Counted from the first letter of the stretch, positions 17,456 to 28,248 are shown. The stretch is 62,187 bases of DNA from an uncultured bacterium (GCA_965369865.1 CBDURU010000005.1:1-62187); one strand, 5' to 3'. Notes: generated from the letters alone by a model not told the origin. Numbers and translations: made by a program.

Positions 17456-17947
17456 TTGATCAACTCCATCTCCTTTAAAATATGGAGATATGCTGTCATT
17501 TGTATTTTTTAACTGACTCAGAAATCAGTAGACTTTTTTTTAAGATGTGACCTGAGTTTTATATGAAAGTATTTTCCTCATTTGTTTATTTAACCTGCAT
17601 TCTTAACCGGATAAGGTACTTTCAAAGTGATTGAAAGTCAACATTTATGAACGGTTTGGATATGAATTGTTGTTTGTAAAGATTGATATATTGCTGCAAT
17701 TAATTATCTGGAAATTCAGCCGGAAGGTCATCGGTAAACGTTCACTGCCCTAGCTGTGAATTATCGATACTTGGTCCATGGAAGTCCCTTCGCATGCTGC
17801 CATTTTTACCAGTTAAGATAAATAAAGCTTCTATGTTAAGTAATATTTCAAAACAGGGAGTGTCAAGAAGGGATTTTAGGTCGGTATCCGGCTTATTTTA
17901 GATTATAATAGGCACACATTTTCAAATCACATTAAGGAAGTGCAACT

Positions 17948-20900
17948 ATGGTCCGAACGTTTGCCAGGATCTTTACAATAAGCTTATTTTGCATCCTTTT
18001 CATCGCTCAAGGTGCAGGTGCCCAGACACCCGATCCCGATGAAATTGTGATTCCCGATAAATGGGTCGGGACATACACCACCGATGAGATCGCTGCGATC
18101 GAGCGTGCGTTGTGGGCGGGTAATCTGACCCTTGAGGATTTGGATTTCCGTAAGGATTTCACATACGGGTACGAGTGCTTCCCGATTGTCAGGGAATGGC
18201 TTGCGCATCCGATGGAGATCGCGCCGGATATGGATGGGATAATTTCGGGAATCGATCTTGTGACCCAAAGCGTGCCAAGCCCGATTTCCGAAATGTTAAC
18301 ATGCCTTTCATATTTTCCATTGGCTGAGGAAATCGACCTGACGGAAATTACGATTTCCGGCGACAATTTTTTTGATCTGTTGGGTCCTGTGGAACCGGGC
18401 ATATCCGGGCTTTTTGAAGCTCTCACCAAACTTGCGGAAATGGGATCAGATGTTGATTACACCCATGGAGAGCTTGAGATACTTCGACAGTTCATGCCGG
18501 AGCAATTGAGCTGGCATGATGTATTTGAGTCACCTTACGAAGATGAAATTGTTGAATCAATGGGGGAACTTCTTGAGGAAAGGTCAGAAGAATTTCTTTA
18601 TGAATTAATGTCAGAGATGCAAATAGAAGTGTTAGCGACATCCTACAGGGCTTCATGCCCCGATCCTCGAGGCTGGCTCGATGAATTACCTCCGGATTCA
18701 TTTCCGCGTGTAAGACCGGAGATTTTTGAAACTGAATTTGGACGGATCGGGATCGGGTCCCGACGTGATGATGTCTGGGAGGGTGATTTCGTAATTCTTA
18801 TCGATCCCGGTGGGAATGACCATTACATCAATTGCAGAATCGGTGCCGCATATGGAACCGAAGATAAACGTTACGGATATTTCGTCGATCTTGGCGGTGA
18901 CGATTTCTATGACTGCGGGGATGTCGATATCACACTTGGCGCGGCAGTACTCGGAGTCGCGGCATTTTATGATTTAGGGCAGGGGAATGATCGTTATGTC
19001 GGAGGAAGCTGCACGATGGGTGCCGCGATGTGCGGGATCGCGACATTCTATGACGACGGCGGTTCCGATTCATATGAATCGAAAGTCTATTCACAGGGAG
19101 CGGCGGGATTCGGGATCGGTATTATGGTCGATGATTCAGTGCAGGACCCTCCTGAATTAACTACTGATGAAGGCACACCCGACCCGGTAGAGATCGGGCA
19201 GTTCGACAATGACCATTATTATGCGTGGACCAATTCCCAGGCATTTGCAAGGACTCTAGGATTCGCGATCTGCTCAAACAGGCGCGGCAATGAAATTTAC
19301 GAAGCCGGCGGTGTTTACCTTCACGCTCCATTATTTGCTGATCGTTATCAATCATTCTCCCAGGGATTCGCGATCGGAGAACGCGGGATTGATTATGCCG
19401 GTGGTATCGCGCTGATTGTCGATTACGATGGAAACGACCGGTATCTTGGGGACATTTACAACCAGGGAGTCGGTTACTGGTATTCTGCCGGGCTTGTTTA
19501 CGATGGCGGCGGGAACGATACGTACGAGATGACCCAGTACGGGCAGGGGTCTGGGATTCATCTCGCGATCGGCGGATTGATCGATGTCGGCGGAAACGAC
19601 AGCTACACGATGCATAATGGGCTGGGAACCGGTGGAAGCCATGATTACGCGGCATCGGTACTCCACGACAGGGGTGGAAACGACCAGTATTTCGGAAACA
19701 CATCCTGTAATGGCGGCTCCCTTACAAACAGCGCGGTGATATTTATCGACAGGGCGGGAAACGATACATATGCCGGACGTCGCAGCGGCGGGATTAATTT
19801 CGGACGTCCCGCGCGCGGATTCACAAGTATTGGAGTGCTTGTCGATCTCGACGGGCAGGACGATTACCTCGGAATTATGGACAACGGCATGCTCTGGAGC
19901 CACACGGGCACCGGTGTCGGATGGGACATCATTCCTCCGCCAATTCCGGAGGGCGAAGAGGAACCCGCACCGGTTGATGACAGGGGAGGGCTTGGTGAGG
20001 ATGTTTCTCTTCCCGATGTGATAAGTCACGAAGGTGAAATAACGCAGGAAGTTTTCGATGAGCTGTGGGAGATTTCGGTACGCTGGGAAGTCGGTGATAA
20101 CCGGTTTATCGTACCTCATGCACGAGACCGTATTATTGAGTTCGGGCCGGAAGTTCTTCCGTATCTCTCGGGTAAGTTCGACAACATGAACAGCGGTCTC
20201 GCGATCAGGGCGTTCGATTATATCCTTGGTTCATTTCTGGAAACCGACCGTGACGGTGTGGTCGATATCGTGAGGGAGAATCTCGAATGCGACGAGGAAA
20301 TCAGCATCAGGACAGCGCTTGCTGAGATCAGCACGCACAAATTAACGGAGCTGGAGACCAGTGTAGCTGAAATTCTCCTCAATCCCGATCCCGCCATGCA
20401 GCGTCGGGCAATCGCCGTTATCGGTGCGATCGAATCACATGCCGCGGATGATCTACTCATAGAGAACCTGTTGGCGGTCGATGATGAAGCGCTGATCAAG
20501 GTGAGCATGGAGACCCTTTTCAATCTGAAAGTAAATTTCTGGGATATGTATCGTCCGCTCCTGGATCACCCGTATATCAGCGTTCGTGAAACATTGATCG
20601 GGAAGCTCGCGGCGAACACGGAATTTTTCGGTGGTGAATTGTACGAGGAACTTTATTGGGAGACGGGCATGTCGGTGATGTCGTATGTCATTCCCGATCT
20701 CAGCACGCGCGCGTTGCGGTCGGTCCTGAAGGTTTTTGCCACAAGCGATCTTGGCCCGAAGGATCCGCGTACAGTTTCGGCGATTTCGATTCTCCTGGAA
20801 GACGATGACTGGGGTGTCAGGGCAGACGCGGTGCGGATAGTAAAGCACTGGAAGGAGATGTCGATAGAGCCGGAGTTCGTTGAATCGGATGAGGGGGAGG

Positions 20901-21031
20901 AAGAAGCAGTTGTTGAGATTGATTATGAGGAAATAGCGGAGTTGATTCAGCCATTGCTCGTACAATTGGAGGATATGCGGGAGACAGAGACAGATCCGTA
21001 CGTGTTGTTTGTTTTGAATGACGAAGTATAG
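17948..21031 (+). CDS. Large secreted protein with about 12 DxxG(N/D)DxY Gly/Asp-rich repeats and C-terminal HEAT-like repeats
   Basis: Signal peptide (AGA-Q); DPGGNDHY, DLGGDDFY, DYDGNDRY, DGGGNDTY, DRGGNDQY and others; helical LL.DDDWGVRADAV-type repeats. Confidence 0.75.
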   Translation: MVRTFARIFTISLFCILFIAQGAGAQTPDPDEIVIPDKWVGTYTTDEIAAIERALWAGNLTLEDLDFRKDFTYGYECFPIVREWLAHPMEIAPDMDGIISGIDLVTQSVPSPISEMLTCLSYFPLAEEIDLTEITISGDNFFDLLGPVEPGISGLFEALTKLAEMGSDVDYTHGELEILRQFMPEQLSWHDVFESPYEDEIVESMGELLEERSEEFLYELMSEMQIEVLATSYRASCPDPRGWLDELPPDSFPRVRPEIFETEFGRIGIGSRRDDVWEGDFVILIDPGGNDHYINCRIGAAYGTEDKRYGYFVDLGGDDFYDCGDVDITLGAAVLGVAAFYDLGQGNDRYVGGSCTMGAAMCGIATFYDDGGSDSYESKVYSQGAAGFGIGIMVDDSVQDPPELTTDEGTPDPVEIGQFDNDHYYAWTNSQAFARTLGFAICSNRRGNEIYEAGGVYLHAPLFADRYQSFSQGFAIGERGIDYAGGIALIVDYDGNDRYLGDIYNQGVGYWYSAGLVYDGGGNDTYEMTQYGQGSGIHLAIGGLIDVGGNDSYTMHNGLGTGGSHDYAASVLHDRGGNDQYFGNTSCNGGSLTNSAVIFIDRAGNDTYAGRRSGGINFGRPARGFTSIGVLVDLDGQDDYLGIMDNGMLWSHTGTGVGWDIIPPPIPEGEEEPAPVDDRGGLGEDVSLPDVISHEGEITQEVFDELWEISVRWEVGDNRFIVPHARDRIIEFGPEVLPYLSGKFDNMNSGLAIRAFDYILGSFLETDRDGVVDIVRENLECDEEISIRTALAEISTHKLTELETSVAEILLNPDPAMQRRAIAVIGAIESHAADDLLIENLLAVDDEALIKVSMETLFNLKVNFWDMYRPLLDHPYISVRETLIGKLAANTEFFGGELYEELYWETGMSVMSYVIPDLSTRALRSVLKVFATSDLGPKDPRTVSAISILLEDDDWGVRADAVRIVKHWKEMSIEPEFVESDEGEEEAVVEIDYEEIAELIQPLLVQLEDMRETETDPYVLFVLNDEV

Positions 21032-21073
21032 AAATTGAAACAACATGCGCGGGAATCGTATGGCATGGTGGAT

Positions 21074-21476
21074 GCCACGATGTTTATAACTTAAGAGTAA
21101 TGACCGGTGGCCCCTCAAAACATCGGCCTGAGTTTACGAAGGCCGATGTTTGGAGGGTGCCCCTAAACCTTCTAATCTGTTCATGATTGCCGGAACCCTC
21201 CTAAAATCTGCCTTCGTAAACTCAGGCGGATTTTATGAGGGGCCACCGATGTTTATAGCTTAAAAGTAATGGCCTGTGGCCCCTAAACCTTTTAATCCGG
21301 TCATGATTGCTACAACCCTCCTAAAATCTGCCTTCGCTGGCGCTCAGGCGGATTTTATGAGGGTGCCTCTAAACCTTCTAATCTGTTTATGATTGCTGTA
21401 ACCCTCCTAAAATCTGCCTTCGCTAGCGCTCAGGCGGATTTTATGAGGGGCCACGATGTTTATAGCTTAAAAGTAA
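21074..21476. repeat. BIME-like cluster of four REP-like hairpins with conserved linkers
   Basis: GGTGGCCCCTC..GCCTGAG..CGAAGGC..GAGGGT at about 21106 (+) and about 21195, 21315 and 21401 (-). Linkers CCCCTAAACCTTCTAATCTGTTCATGATTGC x3 and GATGTTTATAGCTTAAAAGTAA x3. Confidence 0.88.
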
Positions 21477-21503
21477 CAGTACAGTGTATAATTCCTTCCA
21501 CAT

Positions 21504-23195
21504 ATGAAAATCACTATCGCACAGCTTAATCCGACTATCGGGGATACGCCGGGGAATCTTCAGAAACTGGCTGAGGGACTGAGGATAGCGAAGGAAGACG
21601 ATTCCGACCTTCTCGTGCTGTCGGAGCTTTACCTGGTTGGATATCCGCCGAGAGATTTGCTTGAACGTAAATGGTTTATCGATCGGGCGAAGGATGCGAT
21701 TGTCGATCTTCTTACGCTTTCCACTAAATTTCCCGATATCGGGATTCTTGTTGGATGTCCTACTGAAACCGGAAAACCAACCGGACGAGGGCTGTACAAT
21801 TCGGCATTGCTTATACAGGACGGCGAAATTTTATTCACGCAGCACAAATCTTTGTTGCCGACTTACGACGTTTTCGATGAGGGGCGTTATTTCGAACCGG
21901 TTCCGGCGACGATTAAATATGAGGGCGATACCTTGATCCCCGGAATCAAGGTTTTCAATTACAAAGGTGAAACGCTAGGAATTTCAATCTGCGAGGACGC
22001 TTGGAACGATCCCGAACTCTGGGAAAAACGCCTTTACGATTTCGACCCGATCGAAGCCCTGGCAAATAAGGGAGCGACGGTTCTCGTTAATATTTCAGCA
22101 TCCCCCTATGATGTCGGGAAAGACACTGTACGCTTCCGGATCGTTTCAAACCACGCGAGCAAGCATAAGCTCCCGTTTATTTTCGTAAACCAGGTTGGTG
22201 CGAACGATGAATTAATTTTCGATGGTGTTTCAATCTGTGTCGATCGTGATGGAAATCCGTTTGAAATTTTCCCGCCGTTTGTTGAGAAGATTCATACTGT
22301 AGACACTGAAACCAGAGGAGTTCGTGAGCCATACATTCCGGACGGGCAAATTGCATCTTCCCACGAGGCATTGGTGCTGGGAATTCGGGACTACTTTAAA
22401 AAATGCGGTTTTTCAAAAGCTCTGGTCGGGCTTTCGGGCGGGATAGATTCGGCGGTGACGATCGCGCTTGCCGTGAGTGCCCTGGGTCCGGAAAACTGCA
22501 TGGGCATAACCATGCCTTCGCCGTATTCATCAAGTATCAGTGCGGAATTGTCGAAGGTACTGGCATCCAATCTTGGTATCCGCTTTGAGGAAATTCCGAT
22601 TTCAGATGTCTACGAGTCATTCAAGGTATCGCTTAAGGGAGTGCTGGAAATCGACGATCCCGATAAAATCGATGTCGCGCTTGAAAATATCCAGGCACGG
22701 ACACGGGGTACGATGCTAATGGCTGTATCCAATAAACATGGTTACATGGTTCTGGCGACGGGAAACAAGTCCGAACTTGCTGTCGGCTACTGCACTCTTT
22801 ACGGCGACATGGTTGGCGGGATTTGTGTTCTGGCCGACGTTCCGAAAACTATGGTTTACGAACTCGCGGATTATATAAATCGTGAGAATGAAATTATACC
22901 GCTGGATATCATCAAGCGGGCACCATCTGCCGAACTCAGGCCGAATCAAAAGGACCAGGACATCCTGCCGCCGTATCCTGTACTCGATGAAATCCTGGAA
23001 TTATATATTGATGACGGAAGATCAATTGAGGAAATTATCGGGAAAGGCATCGATGAAGAAACAGTGAGATGGGTGGTTCGGGCAGTGCGGCGAAACGAGT
23101 ACAAACGTCGCCAGGCGGCACCGGGATTGAAAATAACTTCGAAAGCATTTGGGTTGGGAAGGCGTATGGCGATCGCCGCGCGGTACGAGTTGTGA
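21504..23195 (+). CDS. nadE: Glutamine-dependent NAD+ synthetase
   Basis: Nitrilase domain (ELYLVGYPPRDL, KSLLPTY, ICEDAW) plus LSGGIDSA, ENIQAR, TGNKSE, PSAELRPNQKD. Confidence 0.97.
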   Translation: MKITIAQLNPTIGDTPGNLQKLAEGLRIAKEDDSDLLVLSELYLVGYPPRDLLERKWFIDRAKDAIVDLLTLSTKFPDIGILVGCPTETGKPTGRGLYNSALLIQDGEILFTQHKSLLPTYDVFDEGRYFEPVPATIKYEGDTLIPGIKVFNYKGETLGISICEDAWNDPELWEKRLYDFDPIEALANKGATVLVNISASPYDVGKDTVRFRIVSNHASKHKLPFIFVNQVGANDELIFDGVSICVDRDGNPFEIFPPFVEKIHTVDTETRGVREPYIPDGQIASSHEALVLGIRDYFKKCGFSKALVGLSGGIDSAVTIALAVSALGPENCMGITMPSPYSSSISAELSKVLASNLGIRFEEIPISDVYESFKVSLKGVLEIDDPDKIDVALENIQARTRGTMLMAVSNKHGYMVLATGNKSELAVGYCTLYGDMVGGICVLADVPKTMVYELADYINRENEIIPLDIIKRAPSAELRPNQKDQDILPPYPVLDEILELYIDDGRSIEEIIGKGIDEETVRWVVRAVRRNEYKRRQAAPGLKITSKAFGLGRRMAIAARYEL

Positions 23196-23199
23196 GAAA

Positions 23200-24408
23200 T
23201 TAAAGCTGTATCTCCAGGCCCAGGACAGACATGTCATCGACGGTGGGTATATCCCCCTGCCATTTTTTTAAAGCCTTTATCAAGCCGGAAATACTGTCAA
23301 TAAGGGGACGATCGAATGTATCGGCAAGGTGTTTGCCCATCGCCTTCTTACCATACCGTGTGCCATGGGGACTGAAGGCCTCGGAAATTCCATCGGTATA
23401 GAAAAATATTCTGTCACCGGGTTCAAGGTGGAGGGTGTAATTCGTGAAATTATAATTCGGCATAATTCCGATAGGGATATCCCCTTCGTCAACAATATCG
23501 ATGATTTTGCCATCGTGGATAATTATCGGGGCAGGATGTCCGGCACGTGTATAAGTAAAATTGCCGGTCCCCAGTTCGAGGACACCATACAGGAATGTTA
23601 TAAAGTCTCCTTTGGTGGAAATAGATTGGAATTGCGAATTGAGCTGATTGGTTACTTCGCCCGGTGACGTTATGATTGGTGACCGTCCATTATTATCGGG
23701 GCTCAGCAGAATACTCGCATCCGGATTGTAATTCGACAGCATCCGTCCCATTGCGACTGATTGGAGCGCGGCCGGCACCCCATGACCGGATACGTCAAAA
23801 ATGTAAATGCCCATATGGGTTTTACCCAGCGGAATCATGTTGAAAAGATCACCGCCGATTTTCTCGCAGGGTATATAGATGGACGAATATTTCAAACCCT
23901 GTTGTTCACCGGATTTGGGGGGCAGGAGACTTTGCTGCATCGCCGCCGCAGCTTCAAGGTCGGACTTGATCCGCTCACTTGCTTTCGAGAGCTGCCTCAC
24001 CTTATTGGCAAGTTCGTTTTCAAGGTTAATTATACGTTCGCCGGCCATGACCCTGACCTTCAGCTCCGGATGGTTGAATGGCTTTGTGATAAAATCATCC
24101 GCCCCGGCTTCAATGCCTGCAACAATGTCATCAACCTGGGTTTTCGCTGTGAGAATTAGAAAATATGTATACCTGCGGTCCTTCTGACTCCGAACCATAT
24201 TGCACAACTCAACCCCATCAATGACCGGCATCATCCAGTCGCTTAAAATAAGCTGGATGTCGTCATTATCAAGGTAAATTTTCCATGCTTCAGCACCATC
24301 TTCAGCCGAGAGAACATCGTATCCCCACTTCTTAAACATTGCGACAAGGATCAACAGGGACGCTCGGTCGTCCTCGACTATTAAAATTTTCTTCTGATTG
24401 TCTGCCAT
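23200..24408 (-). CDS. Response regulator receiver plus PP2C/SpoIIE phosphatase (RsbU-like)
   Basis: ILIVEDD, SDWMMP, GADDFITKPF; GGDLF, DVSGHGVPAA, YTDGISEA, DDMS. Confidence 0.93.
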   Translation of the reverse strand: MADNQKKILIVEDDRASLLILVAMFKKWGYDVLSAEDGAEAWKIYLDNDDIQLILSDWMMPVIDGVELCNMVRSQKDRRYTYFLILTAKTQVDDIVAGIEAGADDFITKPFNHPELKVRVMAGERIINLENELANKVRQLSKASERIKSDLEAAAAMQQSLLPPKSGEQQGLKYSSIYIPCEKIGGDLFNMIPLGKTHMGIYIFDVSGHGVPAALQSVAMGRMLSNYNPDASILLSPDNNGRSPIITSPGEVTNQLNSQFQSISTKGDFITFLYGVLELGTGNFTYTRAGHPAPIIIHDGKIIDIVDEGDIPIGIMPNYNFTNYTLHLEPGDRIFFYTDGISEAFSPHGTRYGKKAMGKHLADTFDRPLIDSISGLIKALKKWQGDIPTVDDMSVLGLEIQL

Positions 24409-24651
24409 TCTATCGTGTCTGACTTTTTACACTTTCGATTAAAGCTGGATAAATTGTGCCGGGAATTCCTATACTTCCTATATATATTATATCAGTCCTC
24501 TTAATATCAATAATATCAAACAAGAGCATTGAGAAGTTACCGTCTCGATTAAGCCCTTGATTTTTTGAAAGGTTCATAGAATCTTACCCCTGGAATTGGT
24601 TTGAGACCTTTGAAGGTAAAATTAGAAATTTCAGTTATTTTGATTTTAACC

Positions 24652-24691
24652 TTGACAAATCTGGTTTTATCAGTAATAATAACTGTTATTA
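24652..24691 (+). promoter_or_regulatory. Sigma70-type promoter with overlapping Fur/PerR-like 7-1-7 operator
   Basis: TTGACA (24652-24657), 17-bp spacer, AATAAT; palindrome TAATAAC-T-GTTATTA at 24677-24691, directly before the regulator ATG. Confidence 0.65.
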
Positions 24692-24700
24692 ATTACAGTT

Positions 24701-25108
24701 ATGAAAGACCATGTTGCACATAGAAACACGAAACAGCGGACGATCATCCTGGAGGAACTCAGGAAGCTGACTTCTCATCCGACCGCAACTGACCTTTACA
24801 ATATCGTCAGAAAACGTCTCCCGAAAATCAGTCTCGGCACTGTTTACAGGAATCTTGAGCGGCTGACCGAAACCGGTATCATACAGAAGCTTGAATTAAC
24901 CGGGAACGAGTCGAGGTTCGACGCGATGGTGGTACGGCATAATCACGTGCGATGTGTCGAGTGCGGACGTGTTGATGATTTATTGGATCTACCTGATGAT
25001 CCTCTTATCGAGAGACCCGCAATAATAGACGGGTACAGGATCGAAGGGTATCACTTGGAATTTTATGGTGTTTGTCCTCATTGCTATAAAAAATCAAAGG
25101 GTAAGTAA
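24701..25108 (+). CDS. perR: Fur-family regulator, probably PerR
   Basis: HPTA..LY...ISLGTVYRNL, HNHVRCVECG, CPHC; heads an oxidative-stress operon. Confidence 0.85.
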   Translation: MKDHVAHRNTKQRTIILEELRKLTSHPTATDLYNIVRKRLPKISLGTVYRNLERLTETGIIQKLELTGNESRFDAMVVRHNHVRCVECGRVDDLLDLPDDPLIERPAIIDGYRIEGYHLEFYGVCPHCYKKSKGK

Positions 25109-25201
25109 AATTGTTTTTAAAATCCTTCTGTAATCATGTTATACAGTGATGATTATGCGAAGGAGCATTTAAAATCAAATAAAAAATTAGAGGAAGAAGC
25201 A

Positions 25202-25786
25202 ATGACACTGGTAACAAAAGAAGCGCCGGATTTTGCAGCCCAGGCTGTAATGTCCGACGGAACTTTCGAGGAGATCAAACTTTCAGATTACACGGGGAAG
25301 TACGTGATACTGTTTTTCTACCCACTCGATTTCACTTTCGTATGCCCGTCGGAAATTATCGCGTTCGACAAGGAAATCGATAAGTTCAGGGAGAAAGGCA
25401 CCGAGGTGATCGGCGTATCGGTCGATTCACATTACACGCACTTCGCATGGAGAGAAACTCCACGCGAAAAGGGTGGAATCGGGAAGATTAATTATCCACT
25501 TGTCGCGGACCTGAATAAAAAGATCACTTCGGATTATGGGATCCTGTTAAATGACTCGGTTGCCCTGAGGGGATTGTTCCTGATCGACAAGGCCGGGATT
25601 GTCCGGCACCAGGTTATTAACGATCTCTCACTGGGTAGAAGTGTCGATGAAGCGATGAGAATGCTGGATGCGCTTATTTTCACCGACACGCATGGTGAAG
25701 TTTGTCCGGCTAACTGGCATGAGGGTGAGAAAGCGATGACGCCGACCGCTGAGGGTGTGGCTGATTATCTCGCCGCCCATGTCTGA
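25202..25786 (+). CDS. ahpC: 2-Cys peroxiredoxin (AhpC/Prx1)
   Basis: FYPLDFTFVCPSE and GEVCPANW. Start set at the ATG at 25202, after a GAGGA RBS. Confidence 0.95.
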   Translation: MTLVTKEAPDFAAQAVMSDGTFEEIKLSDYTGKYVILFFYPLDFTFVCPSEIIAFDKEIDKFREKGTEVIGVSVDSHYTHFAWRETPREKGGIGKINYPLVADLNKKITSDYGILLNDSVALRGLFLIDKAGIVRHQVINDLSLGRSVDEAMRMLDALIFTDTHGEVCPANWHEGEKAMTPTAEGVADYLAAHV

Positions 25787-25842
25787 TAGAATATTGAACC
25801 CGATATAAAAAAAAGATATGGAAATCGAAAGGAGAAGGAATT

Positions 25843-26220
25843 ATGGCTACTGAAAGACTACAAATCTGGAAATGTGAAATCTGCGGGAATATTGTTGAAT
25901 CGGTGCATTCAGGCGACGGTGAACTTGTCTGCTGCGGACAGCCGATGAAACTTATGAATGAGCAGACCGCCGACTGGAAGACCGAGAAGCATGTGCCTGT
26001 CATCGAGAAGGTCGATGGTGGCGTGAAGGTCACAGTCGGAAGCACACTTCACCCGATGGCTGAGGACCATTACATCGAGTGGATCGAGGTTATAGTCGAT
26101 GGGAAAGAATACAGGGAATTCCTGAATCCGGGCGATGCTCCGGAAGCGTTCTTCCCAATCGATGACGAGAACCTGGTCGCCCGTGAATACTGTAACGTGC
26201 ACGGCCTGTGGAAAATATAG
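25843..26220 (+). CDS. dfx: Desulfoferrodoxin (2Fe superoxide reductase)
   Basis: CEICGN...CCG desulforedoxin domain; EKHVP, HPM..DHYIEWI, CNVHGLW. Confidence 0.96.
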   Translation: MATERLQIWKCEICGNIVESVHSGDGELVCCGQPMKLMNEQTADWKTEKHVPVIEKVDGGVKVTVGSTLHPMAEDHYIEWIEVIVDGKEYREFLNPGDAPEAFFPIDDENLVAREYCNVHGLWKI

Positions 26221-26245
26221 GGCATACTATCTGTCCTTCATATAT

Positions 26246-26330
26246 AATTCCGGGGATTCCTGACGATCCTGGTATTGATGACCGGAAAAGAGAATCATTG
26301 CCGGATATTTAAGGAATCCCTGAATTTTTT
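26246..26330 (+). other. Long imperfect intergenic stem-loop with U-tract
   Basis: AATTCCGGGGATTCCT pairs with AGGAATCCCTGAATT; inner ATCCTGGTA pairs with TGCCGGAT; followed by a T run. Confidence 0.55.
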
Positions 26331-26380
26331 CTTTTATAATAATCGCCATATCAATTACCTTTTAAAAATAGAGGAGAACC

Positions 26381-26956
26381 ATGACAAGCATAAAAGGAAC
26401 CCAGACGGAAAAAAATCTCTTAACGGCATTTGCCGGTGAGTCCCAGGCAAGAAATCGATACACGTATTTTGCCAGCCAGGCAAAGAAGGAAGGCTTTGTG
26501 CAGATCTCAAAAATCTTCGAGGAAACTGCCAGCCAGGAAAAGGAGCATGCCAAGAGGCTGTTTAAATTTCTTGAGGGAGGGGAGGTGGAAATTTCCGGTT
26601 CGTTTCCAGCCGGTGTGATTGATTGCACTGTTGAAAATTTAAAGGAAGCTGCGGGTGGTGAAAATTATGAGTGGACCACGATGTACCCGGAGTTCGCGGT
26701 AACGGCAAGGGAGGAAGGATTCGATAAAATCGCGGATGTTCTCGAAGCGATCGCAATTGCTGAGAAGCAGCATGAGAAGCGGTACAATGCACTCAGATCA
26801 AATATAGAGAGTGGTACAGTTTTCAAAAAGCCGGGTAAAGTCGTCTGGCAGTGTCAGAACTGCGGGTTTATCCATGAGGGTGAAGAAGCCAGGGACACAT
26901 GCCCGGCTTGTGCCCATCCGCAGGCACATTTCGAATTACTTCGGGAGAACTGGTAA
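26381..26956 (+). CDS. rbr: Rubrerythrin
   Basis: [23 protein letters not shown]-terminal CQNCG...CPACAHP. Confidence 0.97.
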   Translation: MTSIKGTQTEKNLLTAFAGESQARNRYTYFASQAKKEGFVQISKIFEETASQEKEHAKRLFKFLEGGEVEISGSFPAGVIDCTVENLKEAAGGENYEWTTMYPEFAVTAREEGFDKIADVLEAIAIAEKQHEKRYNALRSNIESGTVFKKPGKVVWQCQNCGFIHEGEEARDTCPACAHPQAHFELLRENW

Positions 26957-27006
26957 AATAATGCTTTACGCGGAGATGTAAAATCAGCAGGTCAGGATTG
27001 GTAATA

Positions 27007-28248
27007 ATGAACACGACATTGTGTGAAGGAATTGACTGGGTAGGGTACGTGGACTGGCATGTCCGCGATTTTCATGGTTACCAGACTGATCGCGGGGCGA
27101 CATACAATGCGTATATTATCAGGGATGAAGTAACAGTCCTGATTGACACTGTTAAAGCCCCATTCAGCGAAAAACTTCTTCGAAACATCAAATCATTCAC
27201 CGATTTAGACAAGGTGGACTTTGTGGTCTGCAATCACGCGGAACCCGATCATTCGGGAAGTTTGCCTGTAGTGATGAAGGCGATGCCCGACGCAACTCTG
27301 GTATGCACCGCCAAGTGCGAAAAAACACTCACGCATCATTATGATACTTCCGGGTGGAAATTTCGGATTGTTAAAACCGGAGATAAAATCCCGTTGGGTT
27401 CCCGCAGCATGGAGTTTATCGAAACTCCCATGGCCCACTGGCCGGAATCGATGTTTACATACATTCCTGAAGAAAAGATCTTATTCTCTATGGACGCTTT
27501 CGGGCAGCATTACGCGACATCGCAAAGGTTTGATGACGAGGTGAAACTCAGCACGGCGATCGATGAAGCGAAGATTTACTATGCCAACATTCTCATGCCG
27601 TTCCCCCGGCAGTGCAGGAAAGCTCTTGAGGATGCCGGGAAACTCGAAATCGAGATGATCGCTCCGAGCCACGGGATTATCTGGAGAAGCCATATTGAGG
27701 AGATAATCGAAAAATACAGTGAGTGGGCAAACAATCAGGTGAAGCCAAAGGTCGTTGTGATTTATGACACTATGTGGAACTCGACAGGTGACATGGCGGA
27801 GACAATTTATGAGGGCGCGAACAGGCCGGGTGTTGAAGTTGTATTGATTCATATCCGCCGCACGACTTTAACAAGGATCGCGACAGAAATCCTCGATGCG
27901 TCCGCGGTGGCATTCGGCTCCGCGACGCTTAACCGCGACATGATGCCGATGGCGAGTGCTGTTATGACTTACCTGAAAGGTTTAAGGGCCGTGGGTAAGG
28001 TTGGATTCTCATTCGGATCGCATGGTTGGGGCAGGGGAGGCCCTGAAGCGATCGAGGATCAATTTAATGAGTTAAAATGGGGAGTACTCAGGAAACCGAT
28101 AAAATGTAAATACGCACCAACTCCCGAAGTTCTCGATGAATGCAGGGCGGCAGGTCGCGAGCTTGCGGAGTGGGCGTTCGATATGGGCAGCGTTTGGAAG
28201 GCTGACTGGACAAAGGGTCTTGAGGAATCGAACTGGCTGGGCGCATAG
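27007..28248 (+). CDS. fprA: Class A flavodiiron protein (O2/NO reductase)
   Basis: GATYNAY, NHAEPDHSG, HWPESM, DAFGQH, IAPSHG; flavodoxin domain YDTMWNST, FGSHGWG. Confidence 0.95.
   Translation: MNTTLCEGIDWVGYVDWHVRDFHGYQTDRGATYNAYIIRDEVTVLIDTVKAPFSEKLLRNIKSFTDLDKVDFVVCNHAEPDHSGSLPVVMKAMPDATLVCTAKCEKTLTHHYDTSGWKFRIVKTGDKIPLGSRSMEFIETPMAHWPESMFTYIPEEKILFSMDAFGQHYATSQRFDDEVKLSTAIDEAKIYYANILMPFPRQCRKALEDAGKLEIEMIAPSHGIIWRSHIEEIIEKYSEWANNQVKPKVVVIYDTMWNSTGDMAETIYEGANRPGVEVVLIHIRRTTLTRIATEILDASAVAFGSATLNRDMMPMASAVMTYLKGLRAVGKVGFSFGSHGWGRGGPEAIEDQFNELKWGVLRKPIKCKYAPTPEVLDECRAAGRELAEWAFDMGSVWKADWTKGLEESNWLGA

Noticed and set aside
17456-17947. Riboswitch or sRNA in the long divergent intergenic region
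   Set aside because: Only short hairpins in AT-rich DNA; no recognisable aptamer consensus.
21074-21476. CRISPR array
   Set aside because: Repeats occur in both orientations, the linkers are themselves repeated rather than unique spacers, and no cas genes are present.
26251-26320. Hammerhead ribozyme (CTGACGA...GAAA)
   Set aside because: Stem II does not close next to GAAA, and there is no stem III or UH cleavage site before the stem I partner.
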